Below, piece by piece: positions 1 through 8,687 of a DNA stretch of 64,000 bases (the stretch's first letter is position 1; each line of letters begins with the position of its first letter). The stretch covers positions 30,889 through 94,888 of the IMG/VR virus record IMGVR_UViG_3300038548_000082; one strand, given 5' to 3'. The notes under the pieces were generated by a model that saw only the letters and a list, made by a program, of their open reading frames with translations, did no database searches and was not told the DNA's origin. This DNA comes from a virus (Duplodnaviria; Heunggongvirae; Uroviricota; Caudoviricetes). A program made the position numbers and the translations under genes.

Positions 1-153
1 CAAAAAAGCCTGACAGAGGAACAGTTAAAGATGTGCATGGCTGTTAGGTTGAGGACCAAACGAAATGGGATCATCCTTGGAATAATTACCACAGGAATTG
101 GGTTTAGTTTTCTTGTTATTCTGGCATCAGCAATTAAGTCTTTAACAATATAG
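1..153 (+). CDS. 3' end of upstream gene (partial, hydrophobic C-terminus)
   Basis: Open frame from window edge to TAG at 151-153; no start in window. Confidence 0.4.
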   Translation, partial: QKSLTEEQLKMCMAVRLRTKRNGIILGIITTGIGFSFLVILASAIKSLTI

Positions 154-162
154 GGGATTATT

Positions 163-348
163 ATGACAGTACAAGTATTTCTTACAGTATGGTTAGTTCT
201 ACAAATCATCTGCCGATGTTGCAGACAACCTGAGCTAAATAGGTTGCGAGAGCAGACTGAGAAACAATTAGTAGCAGCTATCGGTGGTAATGTTCTTTGG
301 GGTATTGGTATGTTTGCTTGTCTTTATTACGGCGGTTTTTATAATTAA
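163..348 (+). CDS. hypothetical small membrane protein
   Basis: ORF track; hydrophobic/Cys-rich 61 aa. Confidence 0.4.
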   Translation: MTVQVFLTVWLVLQIICRCCRQPELNRLREQTEKQLVAAIGGNVLWGIGMFACLYYGGFYN

Positions 349-362
349 TTAAGAGGTAACTT

Positions 363-566
363 ATGATTGAATGGAAAAACACACGTAAGAATGGGGTAGT
401 TGCTATTGGAACTAAAGCTATTGGTAACAGCTCTATTACATGGGTTATCAAGAAATCTGCTGGTGGGTTAAATTACCAACTGTTTCTAGGTGAGACTGAA
501 AAGAATCCGATGTACTCTAGACCTTCTATTAATGATTGTAAGGTATTAGCAGAAGCCTTTTTGTGA
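363..566 (+). CDS. hypothetical protein
   Basis: ORF track, co-directional tight spacing. Confidence 0.4.
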   Translation: MIEWKNTRKNGVVAIGTKAIGNSSITWVIKKSAGGLNYQLFLGETEKNPMYSRPSINDCKVLAEAFL

Positions 567-634
567 ATTAGGTGTTGACAGTGGTGGGGAGTTGTGAGAA
601 GATACGCTTAACTTAACTGATAGAGGAAAACCAC

Positions 635-1159
635 ATGAGCTTACTTTCATTCCTTACTAAGACTGACCCAGAAGTAACTGAGCTTGAAGCGTGTATTGAA
701 GCCTTACGTATCTTATCTGTTCAGAAGTTCTTCCTACCCGCTACTCTCTCGGAAATTGAGGAAATTAAAAGCTCGGATTTGTTCGGGGAAATCAGTGGGG
801 CAGCTAAGAATAGGTTTGCATATAATGAAAGACGTATAGCAAACGTTAAAGAGCCAGTACTCCAAATTATCGAGGGAATGGTCAATCGCACTATCGACTG
901 GACTAAAGTGAATCACAATGATCCTGATCGTGAGGTACAGGTAACTTACACTTTGATTATCTCTGAGGATGAAGAAATCTCCTTTGAAACTTATCGTGGT
1001 CATCGTGGTAATACTTGTTCTGCTTCTTGGTTGACTGCATCAGAGCGAGGTGTTATCCTAGAGGCAATTCATGGGATTGAGGGAGAGAATCGTGAAAAAG
1101 AAAACAAAGCAGAACGGGAAAGGATCACACAGTTGCTTAAAGCTAAATCCAGTAGCTAA
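635..1159 (+). CDS. hypothetical protein
   Basis: ORF track 174 aa; RBS-like GGAAAA upstream. Confidence 0.5.
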   Translation: MSLLSFLTKTDPEVTELEACIEALRILSVQKFFLPATLSEIEEIKSSDLFGEISGAAKNRFAYNERRIANVKEPVLQIIEGMVNRTIDWTKVNHNDPDREVQVTYTLIISEDEEISFETYRGHRGNTCSASWLTASERGVILEAIHGIEGENREKENKAERERITQLLKAKSSS

Positions 1160-1257
1160 GTATGCTCGTAGGTTCAACCTAGCCACGGTTCAAGAGGATC
1201 GTAAGAAAGCCATGAAGCGTGGTAAGACTAAACACAAGAATTTGAGGAGTTGGTAAC

Positions 1258-2484
1258 ATGGAAACATACTTAGTAGGTGGAGCAGTCAGGGATAAGCTTA
1301 TGGGTTTAACTCCAAAGGATCTAGACTACGTAGTAGTTGGGCAAACACCTGAGAAGATGCTTGAACAAGGCTTCTCTCAGGTTGGTGCTGACTTCCCAGT
1401 GTTCCTACACCCTGAGACAGGTGACGAGTACGCACTAGCAAGGGCTGAGAAGAAAGTTGGAGTTGGTTACACTGACTTCACTTGTGTATGGGACTGTGTG
1501 CCTATCTGGGAGGACTTAGATCGTAGAGACCTAACTATTAACTCTATTGCTATGCATTCTAATGGGGATCTCATGGACCCTTGTAATGGTCAGCAGGATA
1601 TCGAGGATAAGATACTACGACACACCTCAGAAGCCTTCTCAGAAGATCCTGTACGTGTTTTACGTATTGCACGTTTCTTAGCACGTTTTGGCGATGAGTG
1701 GACTGTAGCACCGGAGACTTACGCTCTTTGTCAGCGTGTAGCTTGGGCAGAGTTCAAGCACCTGACACCTGAGAGAGTGTTCAAGGAAATGGATAAGGCT
1801 TTATCTGAGCCTCACCCTTGGCTGTTCTTTGAGTTCCTGCACATGCTTGACTTTCACTGGTTTAAAGAGTTGTGGGATCTAAAAGGTATCCCTCAGCCTA
1901 TCACTCATCACCCTGAGAATTGCACATTTCAGCATACTATGTTAAGCCTTAAGCAAGGTGTGAAGATGAGCTTTTCTAATGAACAGTTGTTCGCTGTTCT
2001 GTGTCATGATCTAGGTAAAGCTCCCTGTTGGAAAGAACGAGGGAATCTACATGGACATGAAAGCGCAGGTATTCCTTTTGTAGAAGCTTTATGTGACCGT
2101 CTTAAAGTTCCCTCATCTTACAGGGAATTAGCTGTGAAGGTGTGTGAGAACCACCAACGGGGTCATAAGGTTATGGATATGAAGCCTGCTAGCATTCATA
2201 ACTTGTTTAAGAAACTTGATTGTATTCGTAAACCTGATATACTGGGTAAATTCACTGAATGTAATTGGGCTGATGCGACTGGTAGGTTGGGGTTTGAAGA
2301 CAAGGATTACCCTCAAAGAGGCTTCTTATTCAGTTGTTTGTTTGCTGTACAAGGGGTAGACACCAAAACTATCGCTGAAGAATGTATTGAAAAAGGTTTG
2401 ACAGGTGCTGACATTGGTGAGAGAATACGTGTAAAGCAAATAGACGCTATTAGAGGAGTTAAGAACACATGGAACAAGAATTGA
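1258..2484 (+). CDS. cca: CCA-adding tRNA nucleotidyltransferase with HD domain
   Basis: N-terminal GGAVRD...DLD head motif and HD motif (LCHDLGK); 408 aa, same size/architecture as bacterial Cca. Confidence 0.85.
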   Translation: METYLVGGAVRDKLMGLTPKDLDYVVVGQTPEKMLEQGFSQVGADFPVFLHPETGDEYALARAEKKVGVGYTDFTCVWDCVPIWEDLDRRDLTINSIAMHSNGDLMDPCNGQQDIEDKILRHTSEAFSEDPVRVLRIARFLARFGDEWTVAPETYALCQRVAWAEFKHLTPERVFKEMDKALSEPHPWLFFEFLHMLDFHWFKELWDLKGIPQPITHHPENCTFQHTMLSLKQGVKMSFSNEQLFAVLCHDLGKAPCWKERGNLHGHESAGIPFVEALCDRLKVPSSYRELAVKVCENHQRGHKVMDMKPASIHNLFKKLDCIRKPDILGKFTECNWADATGRLGFEDKDYPQRGFLFSCLFAVQGVDTKTIAEECIEKGLTGADIGERIRVKQIDAIRGVKNTWNKN

Positions 2485-2918
2485 GAGCATATTTCTTTCA
2501 GAACATGTACTTGCAAGGGATTCATGCAGGTATTCAAAGCCAGCATTGTACTGCTGAGATGTTCTGTAAGTACAGTATCGGTAATGATTTGGATCAACCT
2601 ATGGCAAGAACCTTATATGCTTGGGCTACCTTCCATAAAACAACTATCGTGCTTAATGGTGGCGATGCTTCCAACCTGAAACGTATTGCAACGTTACTGG
2701 ATTCTCACCCACATAATTACCCTTGGACTTACTTCGAAGAAAGTGAAGAAGCCCTTGGTGGTTGTATTACTAACGTGGGGATCATCTTGCCTGAGAAGAT
2801 TTTTAATCACTTTTCTAGTGATGGTGAGATTGTAGAGTGTCCCTACAGTAACACGACATTAACGGAGTTTGAGATTAACTTAGCAATGGAGGTATCACAA
2901 TGCAGGTTGATGAGCTAA
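2469..2918 (+). CDS. hypothetical protein
   Basis: ORF track 149 aa; translationally coupled to neighbours. Confidence 0.45.
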   Translation: MEQELRAYFFQNMYLQGIHAGIQSQHCTAEMFCKYSIGNDLDQPMARTLYAWATFHKTTIVLNGGDASNLKRIATLLDSHPHNYPWTYFEESEEALGGCITNVGIILPEKIFNHFSSDGEIVECPYSNTTLTEFEINLAMEVSQCRLMS

Positions 2919-3421
2919 ACAGTATTGTACAGCACTACGCTGGTTCCTTATCTTATGGGACCAACTTACCCACTTCGGATGTAGATATTCGAGGGGTATT
3001 CTGTGCTGAGCCTAAGAACATTCGTACACCCTTCTACCCTGTACGTGAAGTCACACTACAGGATGAAGAGGATGGTAAGTTATACGAGCTTAGTACATAC
3101 ATGCATCTATACACTCAAGGTAATCCTAATATCTTAGAGACCTTGTGGGTAGACAATACAGATATCATTCAAGGTAGCGATGTTTACTCCTACCTACGAG
3201 GCTATCGTACAGACTTGCTAAGTTCTAAGGTAGCCTTTACCTTTAGTGGTTATGCTATCAGTCAGTTGAAGCGTATCAAAGGTCATAACAAGTGGATAAC
3301 CCAAGAGCAACGTGGGTATGCTAAACTTAGGGCTTCATTACGTTCTGGTGATATTTCTGAGAACCAGATAGTATACCACTTCGGAGAAAAGACTCTAAAT
3401 AAGGTTAAGGAAACAAAATGA
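2900..3421 (+). CDS. predicted nucleotidyltransferase, N-terminal half (pfam10127-like), split gene
   Basis: Motif GSxxYGxxxxxSDVDxRGV typical of pol-beta-fold NTases; stop overlaps HEG start (ATGA). Confidence 0.55.
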   Translation: MQVDELNSIVQHYAGSLSYGTNLPTSDVDIRGVFCAEPKNIRTPFYPVREVTLQDEEDGKLYELSTYMHLYTQGNPNILETLWVDNTDIIQGSDVYSYLRGYRTDLLSSKVAFTFSGYAISQLKRIKGHNKWITQEQRGYAKLRASLRSGDISENQIVYHFGEKTLNKVKETK

Positions 3422-4053
3422 AGTATTATGTGTACACGCTGTCTGATAATCACAAGATTTTTTATATAGGTAAGGGTTCGGGGGACAGGATGTATCGACA
3501 TCTTAAAAAGGTTAAAAGAGGGGCTACAACGGACAATCACCACCTTGACAATAAACTGCAAAAGATGTTACGCGATGGTGTGCAAATCTCATACAACAAG
3601 GTGTATGAAACTGGTGATGAAGGTCTTGCTTATGCTCATGAAAGGGAGCTAGTTGCTAAGGTGGGACTTTCTAATCTCTGTAATATACAAGCAGGGGGTT
3701 ATGGTGGTAACAGTCCCTCACAAGAGACTAGAGACAAAATTAGTGCATCCAAAAAGAGGAAGCCATTGACAGAGGCACACAAACAGAAGTTACGAGAAGC
3801 CAAACTAGGGATAAAACAGACACAGGAAACAAAGGATAAGCGGTCTCTTTCACTGAAAGGTAAGCCACAAACCGATAAACAAAAGGCATCAAACCACAAA
3901 AGGGGTCTTAAGGGTAGAAAACTTACCGAGGAGCACAAGCAGAAGCTACGGGATGCGAAGTTGAAAAACCCGACTAAATACTGGCTAGGAAAAGAAATCC
4001 CAGAAGAAACTAAACAGAAGATATCAACTACTTTAAAGGGGACTGAGAAATGA
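3418..4053 (+). CDS. GIY-YIG homing endonuclease with NUMOD3 repeats
   Basis: KYYVY...IFYIGKGSGDRMYRH GIY-YIG motif; C-terminal repeated KGxKxxEEHKQKLR NUMOD3-like units. Confidence 0.8.
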   Translation: MKYYVYTLSDNHKIFYIGKGSGDRMYRHLKKVKRGATTDNHHLDNKLQKMLRDGVQISYNKVYETGDEGLAYAHERELVAKVGLSNLCNIQAGGYGGNSPSQETRDKISASKKRKPLTEAHKQKLREAKLGIKQTQETKDKRSLSLKGKPQTDKQKASNHKRGLKGRKLTEEHKQKLRDAKLKNPTKYWLGKEIPEETKQKISTTLKGTEK

Positions 4054-4727
4054 ATATAACCAAGTTACTCGCTGATCCTGACGTAAGTCTTTTAACAGAG
4101 GAGAAGCCACAGCACAAAGACTACTTAAAGTTGGTGCAGAACTTTACAACGGCTAAGATTCTACCAAGAGAGTTCAACTTTGATTATTTGCGTGGTCACA
4201 GCATGGTACATTATGGTGGTAATACCTTTGGTGTGGATACTGGAGGAAGTGTTAGTGCTGTTACTGTTGATGGAGATTTCAACGTCTCTGCAAAACAAGC
4301 AGAAAGGAACGCTAACTCAGGTCATACACCTAAGTACATAGTCAAGTACCTAGCAGAAGATTACAAGCTTGCTAAGGAGAAGCATTACAACTACTGGAAC
4401 TGGAAGAACAATCGTAATGAGAAAAGAAGTGCATTAGAAGAAGATTTCGGTTATGATACAAAACATGCCATGCACTTAGTACGATTACTACGTATGGGTG
4501 AAGAGATTCTTTCAGGTCAAGGTGTAATTGTTAAGCGTCCTGACGCTCAAGAGTTATTAGACATTCGAGCTGGTCAGTGGAGCTATGAGGAGTTATTAGC
4601 TTACGCTGAGACGAAGGATGAGCTGATTAGAGGCGAGTTGTACAAGAATACAAGCTTACCTAAGACACCTAACATTAAATTAGCTAGCAAGGTCTTGATG
4701 GAAGCTCAAGACATGTGCTGGAATTAA
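4050..4727 (+). CDS. predicted nucleotidyltransferase, C-terminal half (pfam10127-like helical region)
   Basis: KHAMHLVRLLRMGEEIL motif characteristic of the C-terminal region of the same NTase family; start overlaps HEG stop (ATGA). Confidence 0.45.
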   Translation: MNITKLLADPDVSLLTEEKPQHKDYLKLVQNFTTAKILPREFNFDYLRGHSMVHYGGNTFGVDTGGSVSAVTVDGDFNVSAKQAERNANSGHTPKYIVKYLAEDYKLAKEKHYNYWNWKNNRNEKRSALEEDFGYDTKHAMHLVRLLRMGEEILSGQGVIVKRPDAQELLDIRAGQWSYEELLAYAETKDELIRGELYKNTSLPKTPNIKLASKVLMEAQDMCWN

Positions 4728-4984
4728 GAGGAGGGTTCGCAATGGGTGCTGGAGGATTGAGCTTAGCTTGGGCAGTTAAAGCTACCGCAGGTTATCGACT
4801 TGAAAACTATGATGGTGCTTTTATTGTCTACCCCGGTGCTGCTGCTGATTGCAAATCCTACTGTATTCAAGAGTCATTAGAAGCAGTTGTTATTAACGAA
4901 AAAACAGACCAAATAACCTTGGAGAAATACTATGACGCAACAGGAAAAAGGTACATCAATCCTAACTCGAACGGTTATTTTTAG
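4715..4984 (+). CDS. hypothetical protein
   Basis: ORF track. Confidence 0.3.
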   Translation: MLELRGGFAMGAGGLSLAWAVKATAGYRLENYDGAFIVYPGAAADCKSYCIQESLEAVVINEKTDQITLEKYYDATGKRYINPNSNGYF

Positions 4985-5621
4985 TGGGGGTACGATGGTA
5001 CATGTACGTCCTCATTTTAGTTTGTGTGCTCCAGCTTATGGTAAGGTGGGGAGATCCATAGGCGATTTGTTGACATCATGTACTGGTTTTAATAAAGGTT
5101 CACACCTTATCGAAGTCCTCAGTACAAATATGGCTGGTGGTAACCACGGTATTGAAACCAACAACGACCTTGATACAGCTTTGAGTGGGGTTCTGGCAGA
5201 CCCTTTAACCAAAGTTATTGTTATGGCTGCTGCTGTTTGTGACTTCGAGCCACATCATTTAGAAAACTTTAAAATGATTACTCATGACTTCGGAAAGACT
5301 GAAGAACGTCTTAGTTCACAAGACAGCTACTCACTAACGCTAATACCTTCTGCCAAGATCCTTCAACGTATTAAACAGGAACGTCCTGATATCTTTCTGG
5401 TTAGTTTCAAAACTACCTCTGACGAGGACGTGACAGCTTTGATAAGTAAGTCTAAGCAGAACATGAGTGTGACAGAAGCAGATGTGGTCTTTGGTAATGA
5501 TATAAAACGCCATTTTAACCTGTTAGTTAGTGGGGAAAGTATTACCTCTCTTGATAGATCGGGATGTGTGTCTGAGTTGGTTGGTATTCTAAAAGATGTT
5601 GTTGAGAAGTTCGAGGTATGA
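4932..5621 (+). CDS. CoaB-like (DFP / phosphopantothenoylcysteine synthetase family) protein
   Basis: Alignable by eye to E. coli Dfp CoaB domain: TVIFSGGT..VRPHFS..APAYGKVG vs RVLITAGPT..VRYISNHSSGKMG; AAAVCDF vs CAAVADY; NDI vs NDV. Confidence 0.5.
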   Translation: MTQQEKGTSILTRTVIFSGGTMVHVRPHFSLCAPAYGKVGRSIGDLLTSCTGFNKGSHLIEVLSTNMAGGNHGIETNNDLDTALSGVLADPLTKVIVMAAAVCDFEPHHLENFKMITHDFGKTEERLSSQDSYSLTLIPSAKILQRIKQERPDIFLVSFKTTSDEDVTALISKSKQNMSVTEADVVFGNDIKRHFNLLVSGESITSLDRSGCVSELVGILKDVVEKFEV

Positions 5622-5682
5622 CATTAGCCGGTATACCACTCAAGTGGATTCTCATTATGGCCTCAAGGGGGTTTTGATTATC

Positions 5683-5753
5683 CGCTCAAGCGATTTCTCA
5701 TATACGACTCAAGCGATTTCTGATTCACGCCTCAAGCGATTTCTCATATACGG
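5683..5753. repeat. three tandem direct repeats (~23 bp, core CTCAAGCGATTTCT)
   Basis: Core at 5685-5698, 5708-5721, 5731-5744; degenerate copy at 5661. Confidence 0.7.
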
Positions 5754-5799
5754 GTTTACACGTTTTTACACGAGAATTTGCTTTGAAAAGTGGATTTTT

Positions 5800-5900
5800 A
5801 CGAATACGAATGAGAATCATTATCAAACGCGAATGATTATCATTCAAGGTGTGAATACGAATCATTATCATTATCAAACACGAATAAGAATCATTAGCAT
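5800..5900. repeat. AATACGAAT...AATCATT repeat family (4 copies)
   Basis: Repeated AATACGAATgagAATCATTATCAAAC units; inverse of repeats at 13229-13386. Confidence 0.65.
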
Positions 5901-6014
5901 TTAGAAAACACCGCCCACTCTCTCTTCCTCTCTGATGAGATTCCGCTTAGACTTCCCTGCCTACCCCCTCTCAACAAGGCGAACTTCTTTCGCCCTCTCT
6001 CAAGTAGTGGGGCT

Positions 6015-6042
6015 ATCTTAACAGGCTGATAGCAGCTGTCAA
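6015..6042 (-). promoter_or_regulatory. sigma70-like promoter on minus strand (TTGACA-16-TAAGAT) reading leftwards into ORF-free repeats
   Basis: Reverse complement of 6015-6042 gives TTGACAgctgctatcagcctgtTAAGAT; part of 35-bp perfect inverted repeat. Confidence 0.5.
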
Positions 6043-6277
6043 CACTTTATTAAAAAGAATTTAAAATACTTTATTAGTAATGAGAATCATTCGCATTCGC
6101 TAAATAACGCCCACCTTCCCCTCCTCCGTAGTCAGAATGTATAGAGATCATAACATACTGATTAGCCCCGTCAACCACTAATTACAACTAATCACAAATA
6201 AACCTAAATTAAATTACCTATATAAGAAGCAACAACAAATCAAAAGTATTTTAAATTCTTTTTAATAAAGTGTTGAC
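6038..6277. repeat. 35-bp perfect inverted repeat (arms 6038-6072 and 6243-6277) carrying divergent promoters
   Basis: gtcaacactttattaaaaagaatttaaaatacttt vs its exact reverse complement. Confidence 0.8.
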
Positions 6278-6300
6278 TCTCTCTGTAGCTTTGTTAAGAT
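6273..6300 (+). promoter_or_regulatory. sigma70-like promoter (TTGACT-16-TAAGAT)
   Basis: Consensus boxes upstream of ORF 6340. Confidence 0.6.
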
Positions 6301-6339
6301 AGCACCACTTAAACAAAACGACTAAACAGGTACAAGCGA

Positions 6340-6645
6340 ATGATCACTAAAACCTCTATTAATACAACTGTTATTCTAAAGCTTTTAAAAGCCTTTCGTG
6401 AAGCTCAAAAACACGGAATAGCCCATGTTAGGAATAGGAAAGGAAACGCCTTTTTAGCTGTTAGAAAATTCATTGTTAACGGTAAAGTTTTTTTCCAAGT
6501 GTTAGACAAACATGGTAACAATGTTAAAAGGTTGATAACTTCAATGGTTTGCTCTTTTATGAATGCTGATATTGTTTCTCATAATGTGGCTGGCCTTTTA
6601 GTGGATCGTTTAGCCTACCCTTTCCAATTAGGGCAAAGAGCTTAA
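6340..6645 (+). CDS. hypothetical early protein
   Basis: ORF track; own promoter and conserved leader. Confidence 0.5.
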   Translation: MITKTSINTTVILKLLKAFREAQKHGIAHVRNRKGNAFLAVRKFIVNGKVFFQVLDKHGNNVKRLITSMVCSFMNADIVSHNVAGLLVDRLAYPFQLGQRA

Positions 6646-6652
6646 AAAGTTC

Positions 6653-6681
6653 TTGACAGCTAAATAGATACCCTGTAAATT
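6653..6681 (+). promoter_or_regulatory. sigma70-like promoter (TTGACA-17-TAAATT)
   Basis: Sequence boxes. Confidence 0.5.
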
Positions 6682-6711
6682 ACAAACTCAATTAATTAAA
6701 AGGTTTAGAAA

Positions 6712-6855
6712 ATGACTAATTCAGCGATGCAAAAAATCCGTAAACATCAAAAGCCAAAGACTAACAAGGATCTAGTCAAAGAGCATAAGAGCACAATTCG
6801 CAAGGCGAGAAAAAACCGCCATAATCTTTGGATTATCAAAGGAGATTTATTATAA
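6712..6855 (+). CDS. hypothetical small basic protein (47 aa)
   Basis: ATG after promoter; stop overlaps next start (TAATG). Confidence 0.3.
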   Translation: MTNSAMQKIRKHQKPKTNKDLVKEHKSTIRKARKNRHNLWIIKGDLL

Positions 6856-7145
6856 TGACTAATTTTCTAAACCGTAATGAAGTAGACGCCATTTTATTCG
6901 ACTTACAAGGTCAAATGGTAAGTGTTGACTTTATCAAAAAAGATGGAACAAAACGTAAACTTAACGGACAATTAGTACCTAGCCCCGGTAGCCATAATGG
7001 GCATAGTAATCTATTCACTATTGCGCTAGCTAGTAGCAAAAAGGACAATAAAGCATTTCGTTCTGCTAGTCGTGATAAGATTACGCGAATTGCTGGCAAG
7101 GGTAAAGTTTTTGCTGTACGTAGTAGCCTAGCAAGCTTGATCTAA
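6855..7145 (+). CDS. hypothetical protein
   Basis: Internal ATG with GGAG RBS preferred over ORF-track start 6828. Confidence 0.5.
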   Translation: MTNFLNRNEVDAILFDLQGQMVSVDFIKKDGTKRKLNGQLVPSPGSHNGHSNLFTIALASSKKDNKAFRSASRDKITRIAGKGKVFAVRSSLASLI

Positions 7146-7223
7146 GAGGTTTTAGCCCTTAGCCTATGCGATTGTATAGGCTAATACTAAACCCTTTTAA
7201 ACCGCCTTATAGGACGTTCTACG

Positions 7224-7577
7224 ATGTTTGACGATACCACATTAAAAGCAATACATTGTTATAAATCCTTTGAGCAAGATATAAGCCACAATTACAGTTT
7301 TGACAGAAAAGTTGTTATTTTAAAAAGTGTTGACGGCAGCTATAGATTTTGCTATAAACGTGCATTAGACCAAGGTATACGCGCTTTTGATAGTTGCTTA
7401 ATTGTGAGTAGTTCAAACACTATTACCAGTGTTTACACTGTACCTAGTAAGAGGCGGCAAAAAATAGCTAAACAGCTACTATTAGTAGCACGTTTAACAC
7501 TTGGTAGTGTTTACCATAACGACCATTTAACGGTTAGCGGTAAACTATGGCGAGATAGTGTAGAAAACTTAAAATAA
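7224..7577 (+). CDS. hypothetical protein
   Basis: ORF track; contains internal promoter-like TTGACG-17-TATAAA at ~7327. Confidence 0.5.
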   Translation: MFDDTTLKAIHCYKSFEQDISHNYSFDRKVVILKSVDGSYRFCYKRALDQGIRAFDSCLIVSSSNTITSVYTVPSKRRQKIAKQLLLVARLTLGSVYHNDHLTVSGKLWRDSVENLK

Positions 7578-7581
7578 AGTG

Positions 7582-7609
7582 TTGACAGCTACTATCAACC
7601 TGTTAAGAT
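7582..7609 (+). promoter_or_regulatory. sigma70-like promoter (AAGTGTTGACA-16-TAAGAT) + conserved leader
   Basis: Sequence boxes. Confidence 0.6.
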
Positions 7610-7641
7610 AGCTACAACTTAAACAAAGAGAGCAAACAACC

Positions 7642-8325
7642 ATGACTAAACTTACATTAAAAGCTGCTAAAAAATTCGGTGTCGTTACTAAAGGCAATAG
7701 CAAAATTCATGGTTCTACATTCTCTACTGATCCTTATCGTTGCAAGGTGGGATCTAAGCTTGTCAATGTCGAAGGTAGCACTTGCTCTAATTGCTACGCT
7801 CTTAAGCTTGCTAAAGTTTACCCAAGTGCGGCTAAGTCATGGTCCGATAACTTAGACTTATTTAGGGGCGCTGTTTATACTGGTGAGTTGCTAGAATGGT
7901 GTGAAGCAATCGCACATCAAATCAAAATGATTAGCAATCTAAAAGTTAAAAAAGGCGACAAAGGCGCTATGTTTCATCGGTGGTTTACAGCTGGTGATTT
8001 AGACAGTATGGATATGTTGCGCGCTTTTGTTAAAGTGGCTCAATTATTACCTGAAATCGAGTTTTGGCTACCAACACGAGAAAAGGCACTTGTTAGCCAA
8101 TATAAAAACGGCCTTGGTGTTGTCCCTAGTAACATGGTAATACGTCTCTCAAGCGCAATAATAGACGCTAGACCAATACTAGCAGCTAACACTAGCACTA
8201 CGCACAATAAAGGCGCTAAATCATACGGTTTTAAATGCCCAGCTCAAAAGACTAGCGGCAATTGTAACGATTGTACAACATGCTGGAATTCAGACATTAA
8301 AAACATTTCTTATGAAATACACTAA
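7642..8325 (+). CDS. hypothetical Cys-rich (putative zinc-binding) protein
   Basis: ORF track 227 aa; CxxC...C clusters. Confidence 0.5.
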   Translation: MTKLTLKAAKKFGVVTKGNSKIHGSTFSTDPYRCKVGSKLVNVEGSTCSNCYALKLAKVYPSAAKSWSDNLDLFRGAVYTGELLEWCEAIAHQIKMISNLKVKKGDKGAMFHRWFTAGDLDSMDMLRAFVKVAQLLPEIEFWLPTREKALVSQYKNGLGVVPSNMVIRLSSAIIDARPILAANTSTTHNKGAKSYGFKCPAQKTSGNCNDCTTCWNSDIKNISYEIH

Positions 8326-8333
8326 ATAAGTGT

Positions 8334-8362
8334 TTACAAGCCATACTGCACAATGTAGTATG
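8334..8362 (+). promoter_or_regulatory. promoter-like TTTACA-17-TAGTAT overlapping terminator hairpin
   Basis: taagtgTTTACA resembles cassette -35 consensus. Confidence 0.4.
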
Positions 8363-8370
8363 GCTTTATT
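8340..8370 (+). terminator. rho-independent terminator
   Basis: GCCATACT-loop-AGTATGGC followed by TTTATT. Confidence 0.6.
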
Positions 8371-8394
8371 AATCACTAGTAAGGAAGTAAGGAT

Positions 8395-8619
8395 ATGTCA
8401 TTCAGTAGAGATCAAAAGTTTTGCGGTAAATGCGGTAAACCTTGCGAGGTTATCACTATTGACGATGGCATAGGTAGCCACGAATTTTGGGGTAGTGTGT
8501 CAATTCACCATGATTATATTACCGTATCGGATTGCTGTGAGAGTGAACAGTATTTTGATGAAATAGAAGCTTTTGAGGAGCTAGGTGATAGCCACTTACA
8601 AATTGATTTAAAATTGTAA
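8395..8619 (+). CDS. small zinc-ribbon-like protein
   Basis: CGKCGKPC...DCC motif. Confidence 0.45.
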   Translation: MSFSRDQKFCGKCGKPCEVITIDDGIGSHEFWGSVSIHHDYITVSDCCESEQYFDEIEAFEELGDSHLQIDLKL

Positions 8620-8626
8620 TTAAGTG

Positions 8627-8655
8627 TTGACAAGTTAAAAACCGCTTGATAAGAT
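8627..8655 (+). promoter_or_regulatory. sigma70-like promoter (TAAGTGTTGACA-17-TAAGAT)
   Basis: Sequence boxes; stop codon TAA embedded in extended -35. Confidence 0.6.
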
Positions 8656-8687
8656 AGCTACACATTAAACGAAGCGAGTACAAAGTA

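Noticed and set aside
1071-1256. 61-aa Lys/Arg-rich ORF overlapping the end of ORF 635-1159
   Set aside because: It lies in an alternative frame of a better-supported gene with composition-driven openness and no RBS. Kept out of features.
5596-5904. ORF-track ORF of 102 aa
   Set aside because: It is a translation straight through the tandem DNA repeats (RSSDFSYTTQAISDSRLKRF...). It has no RBS and a repetitive low-complexity product, so the region is non-coding.
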